Positions 15,234 through 28,165 of a stretch of DNA of 64,000 bases are shown here, piece by piece (position 1 is the first letter of the stretch; each line of letters opens with the position of its first letter). A program made the position numbers and the translations under genes. Under the pieces are notes generated by a model that saw only the letters and a program-made list of their open reading frames with translations, did no database searches and had not been told where the DNA came from. This DNA is from Chrysomallon squamiferum. Lineage: Eukaryota > Animalia > Mollusca. The stretch is taken from assembly GCA_012295275.1 (NCBI GenBank), contig CM022672.1:8742001-8806000 (forward strand), written 5' to 3'.

Positions 15234-15763
15234 TAATTTAAAATAAAAAAATAAAATTCTGAATATCAATAATGGGAATTCATCTACATTATAACAAAGA
15301 GGTTTGATAATCTTGAAATCATTTCATGCCAATGATTTGAAACTGTTATGAACAATCTTCTTTTCCTTTTCTGTTTCTGACAGAAAAAAAAAAGGAAACC
15401 CAGATGCATGGCACAGCTGCTTCATTCTGGATCTTTTTTCATGGCAATAATAAAAGTAAGAGTGCCAAAAAAAAGAAAGAAAAAAAAAGAGAGATAAAAG
15501 AAAATGAGAGCGACACATCTACTTCCTTCCCATATAAAGAACTTCTTCTTCAGCTGCATGGTGCAATTAGGCAAGAAAAAAAGAAGAGGATGGTAAAAAA
15601 TAAAGCAGGAAATTGTCAAGGATGCAAGACTTGAGTGTTTATTTTCATCCCAGTGGGCTCTTTAAACATCCAATTTTTTAAATTTTAAACCAGACCCTGT
15701 TAAAAGAACTGAAATAATACTGAAGACAAAAGAACCAGAAGAGTTAAGACAATATAAACTTAC

Positions 15764-15823
15764 CTCAGTGCTAATAGAGCATCGTTGTTAATAACTTCAC
15801 TTATTTTTGCCTAAATGGGTTAC
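15764..15823 (-). other. Candidate small non-coding exon
   Basis: gctatttcag| ... gag|gtaagt, 60 nt, stops in all three frames. Confidence 0.3.
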
Positions 15824-16614
15824 CTGAAATAGCAAATGCTGTCAGTGCATTAATCAGCTTCTGAAAGAATTTCTTTAAGAAGAGAATCATCATAATACAA
15901 AGCATGATTAAGCAGCTCAAACACAAACTCGTTATGTATTTTCACAGTTAATATATATATAATAAGTAATTATTTTAGAAATCTCTTATTTAAACTAGAA
16001 TAATACACAATGAAAAAAGAAATGAAGAACTGAAAAACACTGTGCGAGTTCTACACAAAAGTGAAAAAGAATCAATGCTATTAATCACTATGAAAATCCA
16101 AGAAAACAAACAACTTTAGCTTATCTGTCATAAATGAAGTGTTTTCAGAGATGTGTATCAAGATTACAGATGAACAAAGTCAGATGTCTCCTACCTCAAA
16201 GAATGATTAGGAAACCTTCACAGATAACCCACAATTCTTGATATTTATCTCAGTTTTCAAATTAACAACACTTTAACTGAACACATTGCTTAGACAAGGC
16301 TATGCAGATAACAACAGTGTCACAAAGCCTGTTAATGACAGTGGAAGAGCAAGAGAGGTTTTCCAGCGGGATACCGGTCTTTCACCTCAAGGGTTATTCT
16401 AATCAGTGTAAAACAAAAAATAACTACTGGCACTATGCCAGTTTACAATATTGTTTTGTGCTAAAACTGATGCTGTTTCTATGGTAATGTACAGGCATAC
16501 AAACACACTGAAGTTTCCACCAGTACAAACATTGATTCAGAATAATAATCAACTTAATGTCATTTCTGCAAAATCGAAACCAATATAAAAACAGACAAGT
16601 TGTTGACAATTGCC

Positions 16615-16646
<32 letters not shown>

Positions 16647-16737
16647 TAATTATTGTAAAAATGTTAAAAAGAAAATGTAAAAATGTTAAAAAGAAAATGA
16701 AAAAATGAAAAAAGAAGCCCAATAAAAATCAAAATTC

Positions 16738-16770
<33 letters not shown>

Positions 16771-18210
16771 TGCTGACAGAACCATAAACCAACACTAACA
16801 TTACTGGTAAATATGTAAACACCCTATCATGTGTCCACTTACATTCTTTTGTGTCTGTCAGCCCTAGCTGCTGAAAACGATCCTAAAACATTGCCCATTA
16901 TCTGATAACCAAGAGCAGGAGCCTGATCAATATAATCATTCCAGAGTGTGTGTTGCCACAGAAAGAATCACATTGCACGTTCCATGGTTATTCAACAGTG
17001 ACTTTGAATATCTTCATTTTATGGACTATCTTGTATCGATTGTCAAGTGACAGAATCAATTCCCCAACACAATCCAATGGCTCTGGCTATTTCACAGAGT
17101 ATTTAATCACAGCATATTAATGTGCTTGCGCCGCAATTGCATAATGACAGCGTTTCACAATATTAGCCATAAAGATGTCACTGGTAAATTACCGTCTTGT
17201 TTTCCACTGTCATAAGCTTTACATTTACAAGCTTATGTGCACATCAGGCAGCAAATCTTCATGAGTGACTGGTGACAGATGCATGCATGAACATCTTGAA
17301 AAATACCTATTACACACGCTCATACATTTACATAAGGCTGGTTTAATCAACTGAAAGACATTCACACCTAAATGGTTCCACCAATACAAATATAACTTTT
17401 TTTTTGTTTTTTCTTTTTTTTTAAATCTACAAGGTAAATTTAATGAAGCATAACAAAATGGCAACAAAAACAAATGAAATATTTTATTTTAAATATAAAC
17501 TGAGATTAATGTATTTTTATTGATTTGAAACAAACTGCAAATGTCATTTTTAGTAGTGGATTGAGACTGTAAAAGATTGTCTTTAACTGATTTGGCCTAT
17601 AGATAGTTTAATGGTCACATACTGTGAGACACTATGCAATTCTGAAACAACTTATTACTGCTTATTTGTTATGAATAAACTTAATTTAGATGCTATATTC
17701 TTATTATTTCTAAAAGGCTGTTATCATGACATTTTTCATTTCTTTTTTTTTTTTGTCTCTATGTATGTATGTACAAACAGTCTGTTGAAACTGGCATTTG
17801 ACCAATACAGATTTCTTTCTAAACCAACACCATTTCAAAGTCCCTTCCATTTATTGTTAATCTGTTATGAAGAAAATTCGGACTAATCCAAATAATGTCT
17901 ACTTTGGATTGAAGGTGCAATTTGCACATAATTAGGCTTCCAAGCAAGATGAAATGATTGTGCTTCTTTGAAGGCTCCATAAACAATAATCCCAAACTTC
18001 TTGTAATTACTATCTGCAGCTAGATCAACAACATTATTATTAGTGTGTGTTGATACCTAGGTGACTTCACTCATTCGGAGTTTGGTGGCAAAGGCAGCAT
18101 TCTGAATAAATATGTATGGTGTATAATTTGCATTTGTCATACTCAATTTGTGATGGCAGAGTGTCCTAAAAACAACATATCAAACTTTAACTTTCTATGT
18201 ATATATGGGT

Positions 18211-18216
<6 letters not shown>

Positions 18217-18264
<48 letters not shown>
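18217..18264. repeat. (TG)n microsatellite
   Basis: Direct reading. Confidence 0.95.
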
Positions 18265-18266
<2 letters not shown>

Positions 18267-21200
18267 AAATGTGTGTATATATGTATGAATGTCTAAGTTT
18301 TTGAAGGACAGATAGTTATCATTATATATTATGTATACACATAAACAGTGTAATTAACTGATCAAGTTTTGTGACACTCTACTTAGTTAATGTGAAGTAA
18401 ACAGACCTTACACAACAGAACTCTAAAAACTAATCAGTGGATCTAGCTGTTACTCTCAGTTCAGTGACATTAATTTAATCTATTATATTTGTCTTTAGAA
18501 AAATGCACTGTCTTCAATACTAAGAAATATATATCAATGAAATAGATATGAGATGAGGCCAATGTTACATATATATATAAATGAAATGTTACATTTGTTA
18601 TTTTGACTAATCTTTGTTAACAATAAAGTACTAAACTCTTCTACTTTGTTCTTTTTTTCTTATTTTGTTTTTTTGTTCCTATTCTTTCTTGCTTATCTCA
18701 ACCTTTCTCACTGGCATTCTATTTTATTATCTGTACTTTATTATTAGGAAAGATTTAACATATAATTATAAATATAAAATATTGAGATTGTTTGTCTGAT
18801 AATAGATATATATTATCCAACAAAACCAGATTATCAATCTGAAAAAAATATATACAGTTCACTTTCTCTTAAAATGTTGACAATTTTTTAATTTTTTTTT
18901 TATTTTTTTTTTATATCATTATTATTATTATTATTAAAATTCTACAGCCACCACTTAGCACCTGAGTATACTGCATATTGCACTTACACACAACACATAT
19001 GTGCACATTTCCAATGCTTTAATGCAATGCTTTTTAAAATGAATGCGCTCAAACAATCCAGCAACCCATTTGCAACTGAATAACATGAATTGTCAGTTAT
19101 TAAGAGTTTTTGAGTATATTGAACCAGGAGGTATAGCAAAGTGTTTACACTGAAGATAAACTGTATGGCATCGATAGTCATGCATCAACTGTCCATTGAT
19201 TGAGCTTGAGGCCAGCATCAATCAAACAGCAGCAAACAAATTACATTTACACTGACAAGAGATCTCTGTGATATTGCCTGGCTCGATAGGTAAATCCATA
19301 AGCCACAGAACTGAACCAACACAAAAATGGATCCAGGTCCAACACAAAAATAGAATATACAATAAAACAAACATACAAAAAAAAAATATGATTCTTTTTC
19401 TGATGATGAAAATGATATTAACAATAATGATGATGAAGATGATCGTCATCATCATCATCATAATAATAAATAAATTCAAATGAATATGAATAAGGTTGAT
19501 CTTAATCATTGTTTACTTATATTCTTATTGTTTTCAAAATGTTGTTTAAAAGAATTTTTTATTTTTCTCTTGCATGTCATACTCATACACAAGTTTTATA
19601 TCCTGAATTATAATGTATTTAGATCAATATTTCCCCAAGTGAAGCTTATGAGCCATATGAGGGCAACTTGAATATGAACAAATTTTACTGAACCCTTTAA
19701 AGTTTTGCTTTATGGAATATGTTAATGAATACAATCATAAGGGTCAGAATTTGATTTATGACAAAGGGGGTATCAAAATATCTATGGGTTGTGGTGGGGT
19801 ATGTCTCAATAAAGACTGGGAAATACTGATCTAGATTAATGAAAAACACATGTATGCTACAGAAGTCAATGTAAAGAGTACTTCACACACTGACCATGAA
19901 ATCAGAGTTGTCTAGGACTGATCTGATTTTGAAATTTCCAAAATTTTTAAATCAAATGAAACTACTTCAACCAGTGTAATCAGTTATAATTCAAACTGAT
20001 CTGGATCATTTTACTTTCATCAAATTTTTAAAAACCTAGAACAGTTTGACCTTTATGAAATGTCTCAACTATCTTGAAACAAATCCCAGCCAAAAACAAT
20101 CTTAATTTGAGAAGAATTATCCCAATCTGGCAGTGACTTATGAACACACTGACTTGTGACATTAAATACCAGACTGTTCTGCAGCTGTTGCAGCCTCAAG
20201 AGGATGACTTTGAGGTTCACTGGCTGTCAGGCCCCAGAAAGATACTGCAGGATTATACTCTATCTTTTATTTATTCTCTAAATGTTTGTGGACTTGGCTC
20301 TCTAGTAATCTGGAATAAATTTTTTAATTTTTTTTTTTTTTTTTATCAGCTCAGCCAGAAACTAATTTCAAAATTACATGACATGTTTGCACTGGAGACC
20401 AAAGCAATCTATCAAGTAAAATATTAACTTGAAAGCATGCATTAAAAACTGATGCTGGTTTCGAATATCACTAACTGTGTCATGTTTTCCAGTGACAGAA
20501 TAAGCTGATGTGTTATTTCAAATTGGCTAAGCTTGTCTTCTGAGACAACAAAATGCTACATAAATGAATAAATAATATACCAGAAAGTTTTAAGTCTAAA
20601 TATTTAGTAAAATGTAGTGTCAGATCTTTTATATAATCATCAAAATTTTCAAAAATATAATATATATATATATAATTAAATAATCTTTGTATAAGATCAA
20701 AAAATAAATTTAAACAAAAATCTAACAAAATGTCATCTTTAAACCAAAAAGAAAATAAATTGATATTTATACTTATTGTAACAAATAGGAAATATATAAT
20801 TAATTAACTTTTATCAAGATGCATTTAGTTCACATCAGGATGTGGGGAAAAACTCCACTATAATAACAAAAAAGTTATCATTACAAGAGGAACACAATAC
20901 TGTAAAGAGAATGAATATATTTTCAATATGTTGGTAATAAACACAATTTCTTCAAAGAATCAGAATGAAATTGAGAAAGTGATAGCTGCATGCAGTCTGC
21001 TGCAGGCCACTTTTTTGTGTATTGGTCATTATGCTGATCATTTTCATCACTGAAAGCGGCTAAATAAATCACATGGCCACCATACGACCTTCTTGCAGTA
21101 GAAATTTATTTAACTCACAGTGTTATTAACTTGTGAAGAAAGCCAAGATGATCTAAATAATGTAGCAATATGGGCTTAATTACATTTATTCTCCTAACTT

Positions 21201-21409
21201 ATCTGAAGAGGCACGAATGATGAAACTCTGAAAGACACTGAAGGCGACAAGAAGTGGAGAAGCATACAGTCGGGATCTAATGGAAGTGATGAACTGCAAG
21301 TAGATACCTGTAAGCCAACATCAATATTCCAAGCACAAACAGAGCACCAGCATCATCCAGCCAATTTACACTGCTCGTAAACTCTGTTTTCATATTTTAA
21401 ATGATAACA

Positions 21410-21603
21410 TCTTGCCTTAATGTTGCTAGCCTTCTGGGCTTTTATAATGAACTTGCAGTACATTTTGGATACACTTATACACAGTAACTTAAAATTATTC
21501 AGTAAACATATATTCTGCTTTAATGTCAAAAGCCTTCTGGGTCTTTAGAATGAACTTTCAGTTCTTTTTGGAATACACAATTACACATAACTTAAAAGTA
21601 TTC
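21410..21603 (+). repeat. Tandem duplication, ~105-bp unit x2
   Basis: ttaatgt...agccttctggg.yttta.aatgaactt.cagt...ttttgga.tacac...taacttaaaa.tattc occurs twice. Confidence 0.8.
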
Positions 21604-22067
21604 TGCTTAGTAAAGATATAGTTTTGATGTTTTATAAGGAACTTTATGTTTCAGTAGAAATTTATTTTGCTTCACATTGGCCCGTCTGTATCTTTTGTAT
21701 TAAATTTTCAAAGAATGGGCAAAAAATTGTAAACAATAAACTTAAAATTATTTGACAGTTTTAATTTTGGCAAGTTGTGGAGAATATGAAAACACAATTT
21801 GCTAACAAAATATTAATAAAATATAAATAAGAAGACATCAAAAGCATTTCATTATTAGCAGCAATGAGGCTTGTCAACATGAAACTGTTAGAAATTAAAG
21901 ATAAATAAATACAAAATTACAAACCATTCATGTTTACACATTTCTGTTAAAAACAAACTTGATCAAGTACAAAAAGCAGTATTTTAATTATTATAATTTT
22001 TAACAGTATTTGTCAAAAGAAAAAAAAAAAAAATGTATTATCATGAAAACAGTAACATTAACATCAG

Positions 22068-22103
<36 letters not shown>

Positions 22104-23573
22104 AGATACATAGATAAATTTTAAAATGTTTCACCTAAGTTAGAACTGGAATTGATGTGTAAATGTCATTGTTTTCTACACTATACATTTAACTTTACAT
22201 TTTTTGGAAGGGTGGTGGGGAAAAATCAGTTAGAAATTATAATATAGATACATCATTATACAAATCTCCATCTTTGCAATGCTGAAGAATTAAGTCTGTA
22301 CTGTGGCAAAGATAATGATGCCTTAAAATATCTCAGAACTTTGTACAAGCCTTAGGCAAAATTCTGGAGAGATTTTAAGTTTGCATTTTCCTGAAATTAA
22401 AACCCCAGAAACTAAGCTTCTAATTTTGTGATAACAAACCTCATTTAGTTAACTTGAACTGTTCTGCGAGTTTTTAAAATACATGTACTGTAAAATTGTA
22501 TCTCTGTCACACACTGGTCTGTTTCATTCTTATCAACAAATTTCCAAATAAGACATCTTGTTATTAACTGAAAATAGTATATATGTAAGTGTATGTGTGT
22601 TTGTCTGTGTGTGTGTATGTATGTGTGTATATATATGCATACAAAGCATATTAGTTTTGAAAGACAATGTTCTGAGGAACCAGTAAATAATGCTTTTAAC
22701 ATTACAATTATTTTTATTATCACAACAAACTTTCTCATTTCGACTTACCTTTTTTTTTCATTGTTTTTCTTCTTCTTTTTTTTTTAATATTCTAATTTAT
22801 AAGCTTCACTAACATTTCCTGAATGTAGTATTTCAGAATCTAATGAGCTTCTTTTTTATAATACACACATATTTTTTTTTCCTCCTCTGTTTCTAATTCT
22901 CAACCTTTCAGCCTTTGGCAGCAGTTGTGAAGACTGTGCCCAACTCATATCAGGGTCCATCAGTTAAGGGTAATTCAGACTAATAATCCAAGAGTCCTGC
23001 TCTTATTGATTCTACATACATGTTAGATTCTATTGCAGAGTCTGCTCATGCAACCAGTGGACTTAAATCTCTCAAGTATTTTGCTAAAGGGTAGTTTGAG
23101 GAGGTTCCGAGATATTCCAAGACACCAAGCTGGGCGTAAATAAAATGTGCCCAGATGCTGCATTTTAACTCGGGGTTTTTTCTGCACAAATGTCAAGAGC
23201 CCATTCACATTCATGTCTTGTCCTAATAGAGTCATCGTTACAAGAATTGCTGTGATTAAGTTTCAAACCCAATGTCAACAATTTTATCTTCAGTTACTTC
23301 TCTTCAGTTTGCTACAAGAAGCAAACAAATGTTTCCTGTTGTTAACATGTTTATAGCAAGTCTGTAACTTTATTTGAAAATTTCCGGGTTCAGTATCAAA
23401 TTAAAGATGGTTGTGAATGCAGAAAAAAAAATGTGAAAAAAAGATTTTTGTAAAGAAAATGTAAATCTAATGAACTGATATAAAGAAATGTTTGTAAAAA
23501 AAATAATAATAATAATAAAATGAAATAAAATAAAAATAAATTATAAAAAATTTCCAGACTTCATTATTGTTGT

Positions 23574-23611
<38 letters not shown>

Positions 23612-24502
23612 TCGTTTTAAACATTAATTTAAAAATTTCCTTCAGCCAGGCTGAGAAAAACATTTGAAGTAAAAATTAAACAATAAATTTTTCAAAAATA
23701 TTAAAATAAAAAAGATATTCCTTTTATCTGTAATAATCAATTTTTTCAATCTGGCCATCTTATATTGTTCATCTCAACTTAAAATCAAATAAGAAAAATA
23801 TGTTTTTAATATCAATGGTTTTTTTGGAGGGTTTTTTTTTTAATGTTTTTTCTCTGTCTGACCACGACATTTTTTAAATTTTAATTTATAAAAATAAAAT
23901 AAAAAATAAATTTAAAAATATTCTTTTTATTTTTAATATTAATGATTTTTTAATATCATTCTGGTCATTTCACAGTTGAAATTTTGCTTTAAAACTTACA
24001 AGAAAAAAAAAAATCATTGGAAGAATTTAAGTGCTCTGCAGAGTCTTCATATTAAATAGAGAACTAACTATATGGAAGGTTATTAATATCTGGAAGTTTG
24101 ATGCAATCAATACCAGCCAGAGAGGAAAGTAATCAGAATCTATGTGTAGCAATCAAAATGACAGTGAGTGAAAGCAATCTGTGCCTCAGTAAGTTATGAG
24201 AAATGTGAAGCGATAGGTCTGACCATCTCACTTACTGAAGAACCAGAAAAAATTTGGTTGATGGTGTAACAGAAAATACAGACTCTTCTGTTTATTACAT
24301 AAATAAAAAAAAAAAAAAAGTGAAGTTCTGCTAAAAAAAAAAAAAAATGTTTTTGAAATTTTTCACCATCTTATTAAACAAACCAAAGAAAAAAAAAAAA
24401 CAAGGTTTCTTCATGCTTTTATCCCATAAAATAAAGTGACATAATTCTTTTTAAACAAACCAAAAAAAAAAAAACCCATAAAAATACACCTCTTCATAGT
24501 TG

Positions 24503-24902
24503 TATTATAAAAACCAAAGTGAAGTTTTACTAACCCCTTTATTTTATATTTTTTTAACATAAAAGTAAAAACAATAAAATAAAATAATTTACTGACTAAA
24601 ATGATGGATCCTGTTTCAAGCAAATCAGTTTAGGCTTAGAAATTGATATTTATGAAGCATTTCACTTTCATAAAATAAAGTGAGATTATTCTTTCTTTTT
24701 TTTTAAAATAACAAAAAAAATAAAAAATAATTAATAGTTTTATTATAAAAACCAAATTGAAGTTTTGCTAACCCCTTTATTTTATATTTTCTAACATAAA
24801 ATTTAAAAAAAAATAAAAATAATAATTTACTGACTAAAATGATGGATCATGTTTCAAGCAAATCAATTTAGCCTTAGAAACTGATATTTATGAAGCATTT
24901 CA
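24503..24902 (+). repeat. Direct duplication of ~160 bp (24503-24664 and 24741-24902)
   Basis: tattataaaaaccaaa.tgaagtttt.ctaacccctttattttatatttt...taatttactgactaaaatgatggatc.tgtttcaagcaaatca...gatatttatgaagcatttca is near-identical in both copies. Confidence 0.92.
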
Positions 24903-26513
24903 TTTCAAGGTAACATTGAAGAAAACCTTTGACAGAATGATTAAAATGAAAGGATACGAAATGCAGATTGAAACCAATAACGGAAAGTGTAATCGAAGTC
25001 AACAAGTGGTAACAGAAAATAATTGTCATACACCGATGGATTTGAACAAAAATGTGCAGCCATTAAGTCTACAAAACAAAGTTACCAAAGAAATTGTGTC
25101 AATCACAATTACTTTTATTTCCAATACATTGGTTTGTGTAATGCTGAGAAAAGGAACCAAAAGATGAATTAAAATATAACTTCTGCATTTTCTGATCAAT
25201 ATTTGCTTTTATTATGAAAGTAATTATGTAAATATGCTTAGCAATTCTTACAGGCTTGTTTTGTGCCAAAGTGCACTTCTGTTTCTATTTAAATTAATTT
25301 CTTCACTACCAAGATGGCTACTGCCACATAATGTCAAAAATGTGAACAAAGGTTAAGTCTGATACTTGTACTAGATCAGTCAACATTTAACTCAAGTGAC
25401 TGTATTATGGCAGTATATATGCATGCAGGTCAAGTCTGATACTTAGATCAGTGAAAATTTAACTTAAGTCAATTAAGGCAATATATATATTTATTCTTTT
25501 ATAATTGTGGCTTCTATAGCAGTCTCTGAAGTAATGAAACAAAAGATTTTTATTATTTATTTTCAATTGAATTATCTAACCAATTTTAAACCTTTTTTTT
25601 TTTTTTAAACTTTATCTTCTCTAAACTTCTCCATCATCATACTTACTCTTTGTATCTCATACTTATCTACAAATGCTAATGAAAACATCTGACTAATTAA
25701 AGTGACAAGTGTGAAACCAACATCCTGCCTTGACAGGCTACCTGATGAAGTAGGCTACTTAGGACAAAACTACAGAATCATTTTAATAACAGATATTTCA
25801 TGTTTATGTTGATAAAGTTTCATAAAGCTTTAATTACAAATAACAAAAATGTTTTAAATATTGAAAATATCATGCAACAAAGTTAATTTGTTTTTCCAAA
25901 GGATTAAAACACTCTTGTTGGAAAATATTGATAAAGAGAGAAAAAAAAAAACAAGAAATGTTATTTTATTATATGATATTTAAGCTTACAATGATAAAGA
26001 TTTATAAAATTTTAATTAAAAACAACTAACATATTTTAAGTATTAACAACAGTATGCAAGAAAAGTCTTTTTTTTTTCTTCAATGGATTGAAAAGTACTG
26101 CTTTCTCTGAAAAGATTGATAAACCGTTTGGAAGAAATCAGTCAAACAATCAATAAAAATGTATTAGCAAGGGTAGACTGAAAGCTGGAATAAAACAGCT
26201 GAGAGTGTAAAACCTGTGTGTTGTGAAAACATCAGAAGATCTATATTCACATAAACATATGCCTGAAATCTTGCCAGTAAACAAATCTATATTCAAATGT
26301 TATCAAAATACATATGTTAATTGCAAGTCACACGTAAAATTAACTGTTGATATACCTAGCCATGTGTAATGTTGAACATTAACATGTGCATTTAATAAAT
26401 CAAGACCAAACAGTTATAACTGAAGAAATTCCTGATATGTTTAAGGACCTACTGTTTAAACAAAAAGATTTTTAAATATTTCATTAGAAATGTGCCCACT
26501 GACAGAATCATTA

Positions 26514-26603
<90 letters not shown>

Positions 26604-26620
26604 ATGAATAAATAAATAAT
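26514..26620. repeat. (AAT)n/(AAAT)n compound microsatellite
   Basis: Direct reading. Confidence 0.9.
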
Positions 26621-27649
26621 AAAAATTAAAGATTATTTACATTTTATATGTTTTTGGTTTTTTATTTTATTCAAGTAAAAAAAAATTAAAAAAAAAGAAC
26701 AAAAGCTTTTGACAGTTTTCATTTTTACTTCTGCTTTTCTCTTCTTTTTTTTTTTTCACACTATATTTTATTTGTTTCATTTTGGTTGTCTTTGCCATTT
26801 TCGATTTCCTTTTTTGTTTATTTCCAAAATAATAATTACATTTTCCCTACATGAGTCTGAATCAGTTGCAAAAACCATGCAAGACAATTAAATTTTAATG
26901 GATAAGAGAAAGAAAGAAAAGAAAAAAAAATCAATGATCTGAGGAGTTAAACTTAAAAACATCAAGTTGTGTGTTTGATGATACATCAGCACTCAGACTT
27001 GGGACAGCTTCATTTTGTCGTTAATCAGGATCACCGTATGAACTGCCAGTGGGTGAAAAAAAAATATAAAAAATAGTCTTCTATTGATTGTGTCTGCAAA
27101 CTGGAAAAGCAAACAATTTGTCATATCGCTCTGTCCATTCCCAATCTAATCCTATTTTACACTAACACTGTTTGAATTAGCAATTTACCTGACCACATTA
27201 AGCTGTAGGAGCATGGTCAGGGCTTCGGGGAGGGAAGGCTGTTATTATGTTTTGCTGCAGCACACCATTAAGAAATATTTTATCTGCTGCAGTCAGGTTA
27301 GCTGTAAATTAATTAAAAAACAGTTTGTAGAACTGATGACTGACCATCTATCACTAAATATGAGCTTAAATCAATCATTAAACATCAGCATGATAAAATA
27401 GTTTTGTTGTTGGTCTAATTTTTTATTGTTTTTATGTTATGCTAAATACCAGATAAATATCTAACATCTGTTTAGAGTATCATTCATCTCCAGCATTAAA
27501 AACATACAAATTTTATTTATTTGTAATCTGTTTTAAAAAATAAATAAACACAAATCCATCCTAAACTTTGAACAGTTTATTTTATAACTATATATCTTAA
27601 GGAATATAAGTTAAAAGGATCCTTCATGGATGTAATTATTTATAAATGG

Positions 27650-28165
27650 CTGGTTCACTGATTGAAAATTAAAATTACACATTATATGTAATATCTTTCA
27701 CATTATCTGTAAAATGATTCACTGATATTCAAATTATTTTATACTTTATATAAATGATCCTTCTTTGCCTCTGAACTTTAAACATGTTATAGCTGATTGA
27801 CATGACTTGTTACTTTCTGTATATCCAACATTCTTGATCTGAACTTTCAAACAGTATAAACCTTAGAAATAGTTGATCTGACTGACTGAATATAGTAATC
27901 ACACATTTTAATGTAACCCCTTTCGTTGCTTGAACACATAAACACAAAACAAATTACTGATATTAATATTACAAATTACTTTCAGTAAGTCTGACATTCT
28001 TTGCTTTGAAACTTCAGTGAACATAAACACATTACAACAGACTGATACTAAAATTACACATTACATTCTCAAACTGACATTCTCTGCTCTGATATCAACA
28101 CACTAATTGAGTGATTGAATTTTAAAATTACACATTTTGTGCCACATCTGACTTTCTTTGCTCTT
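27650..28165 (+). repeat. Highly degenerate tandem repeat (~60-80 bp units)
   Basis: Recurrent ctgat...aaaattacacatt...ctgac.ttctttgct.tgaac. Confidence 0.55.
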
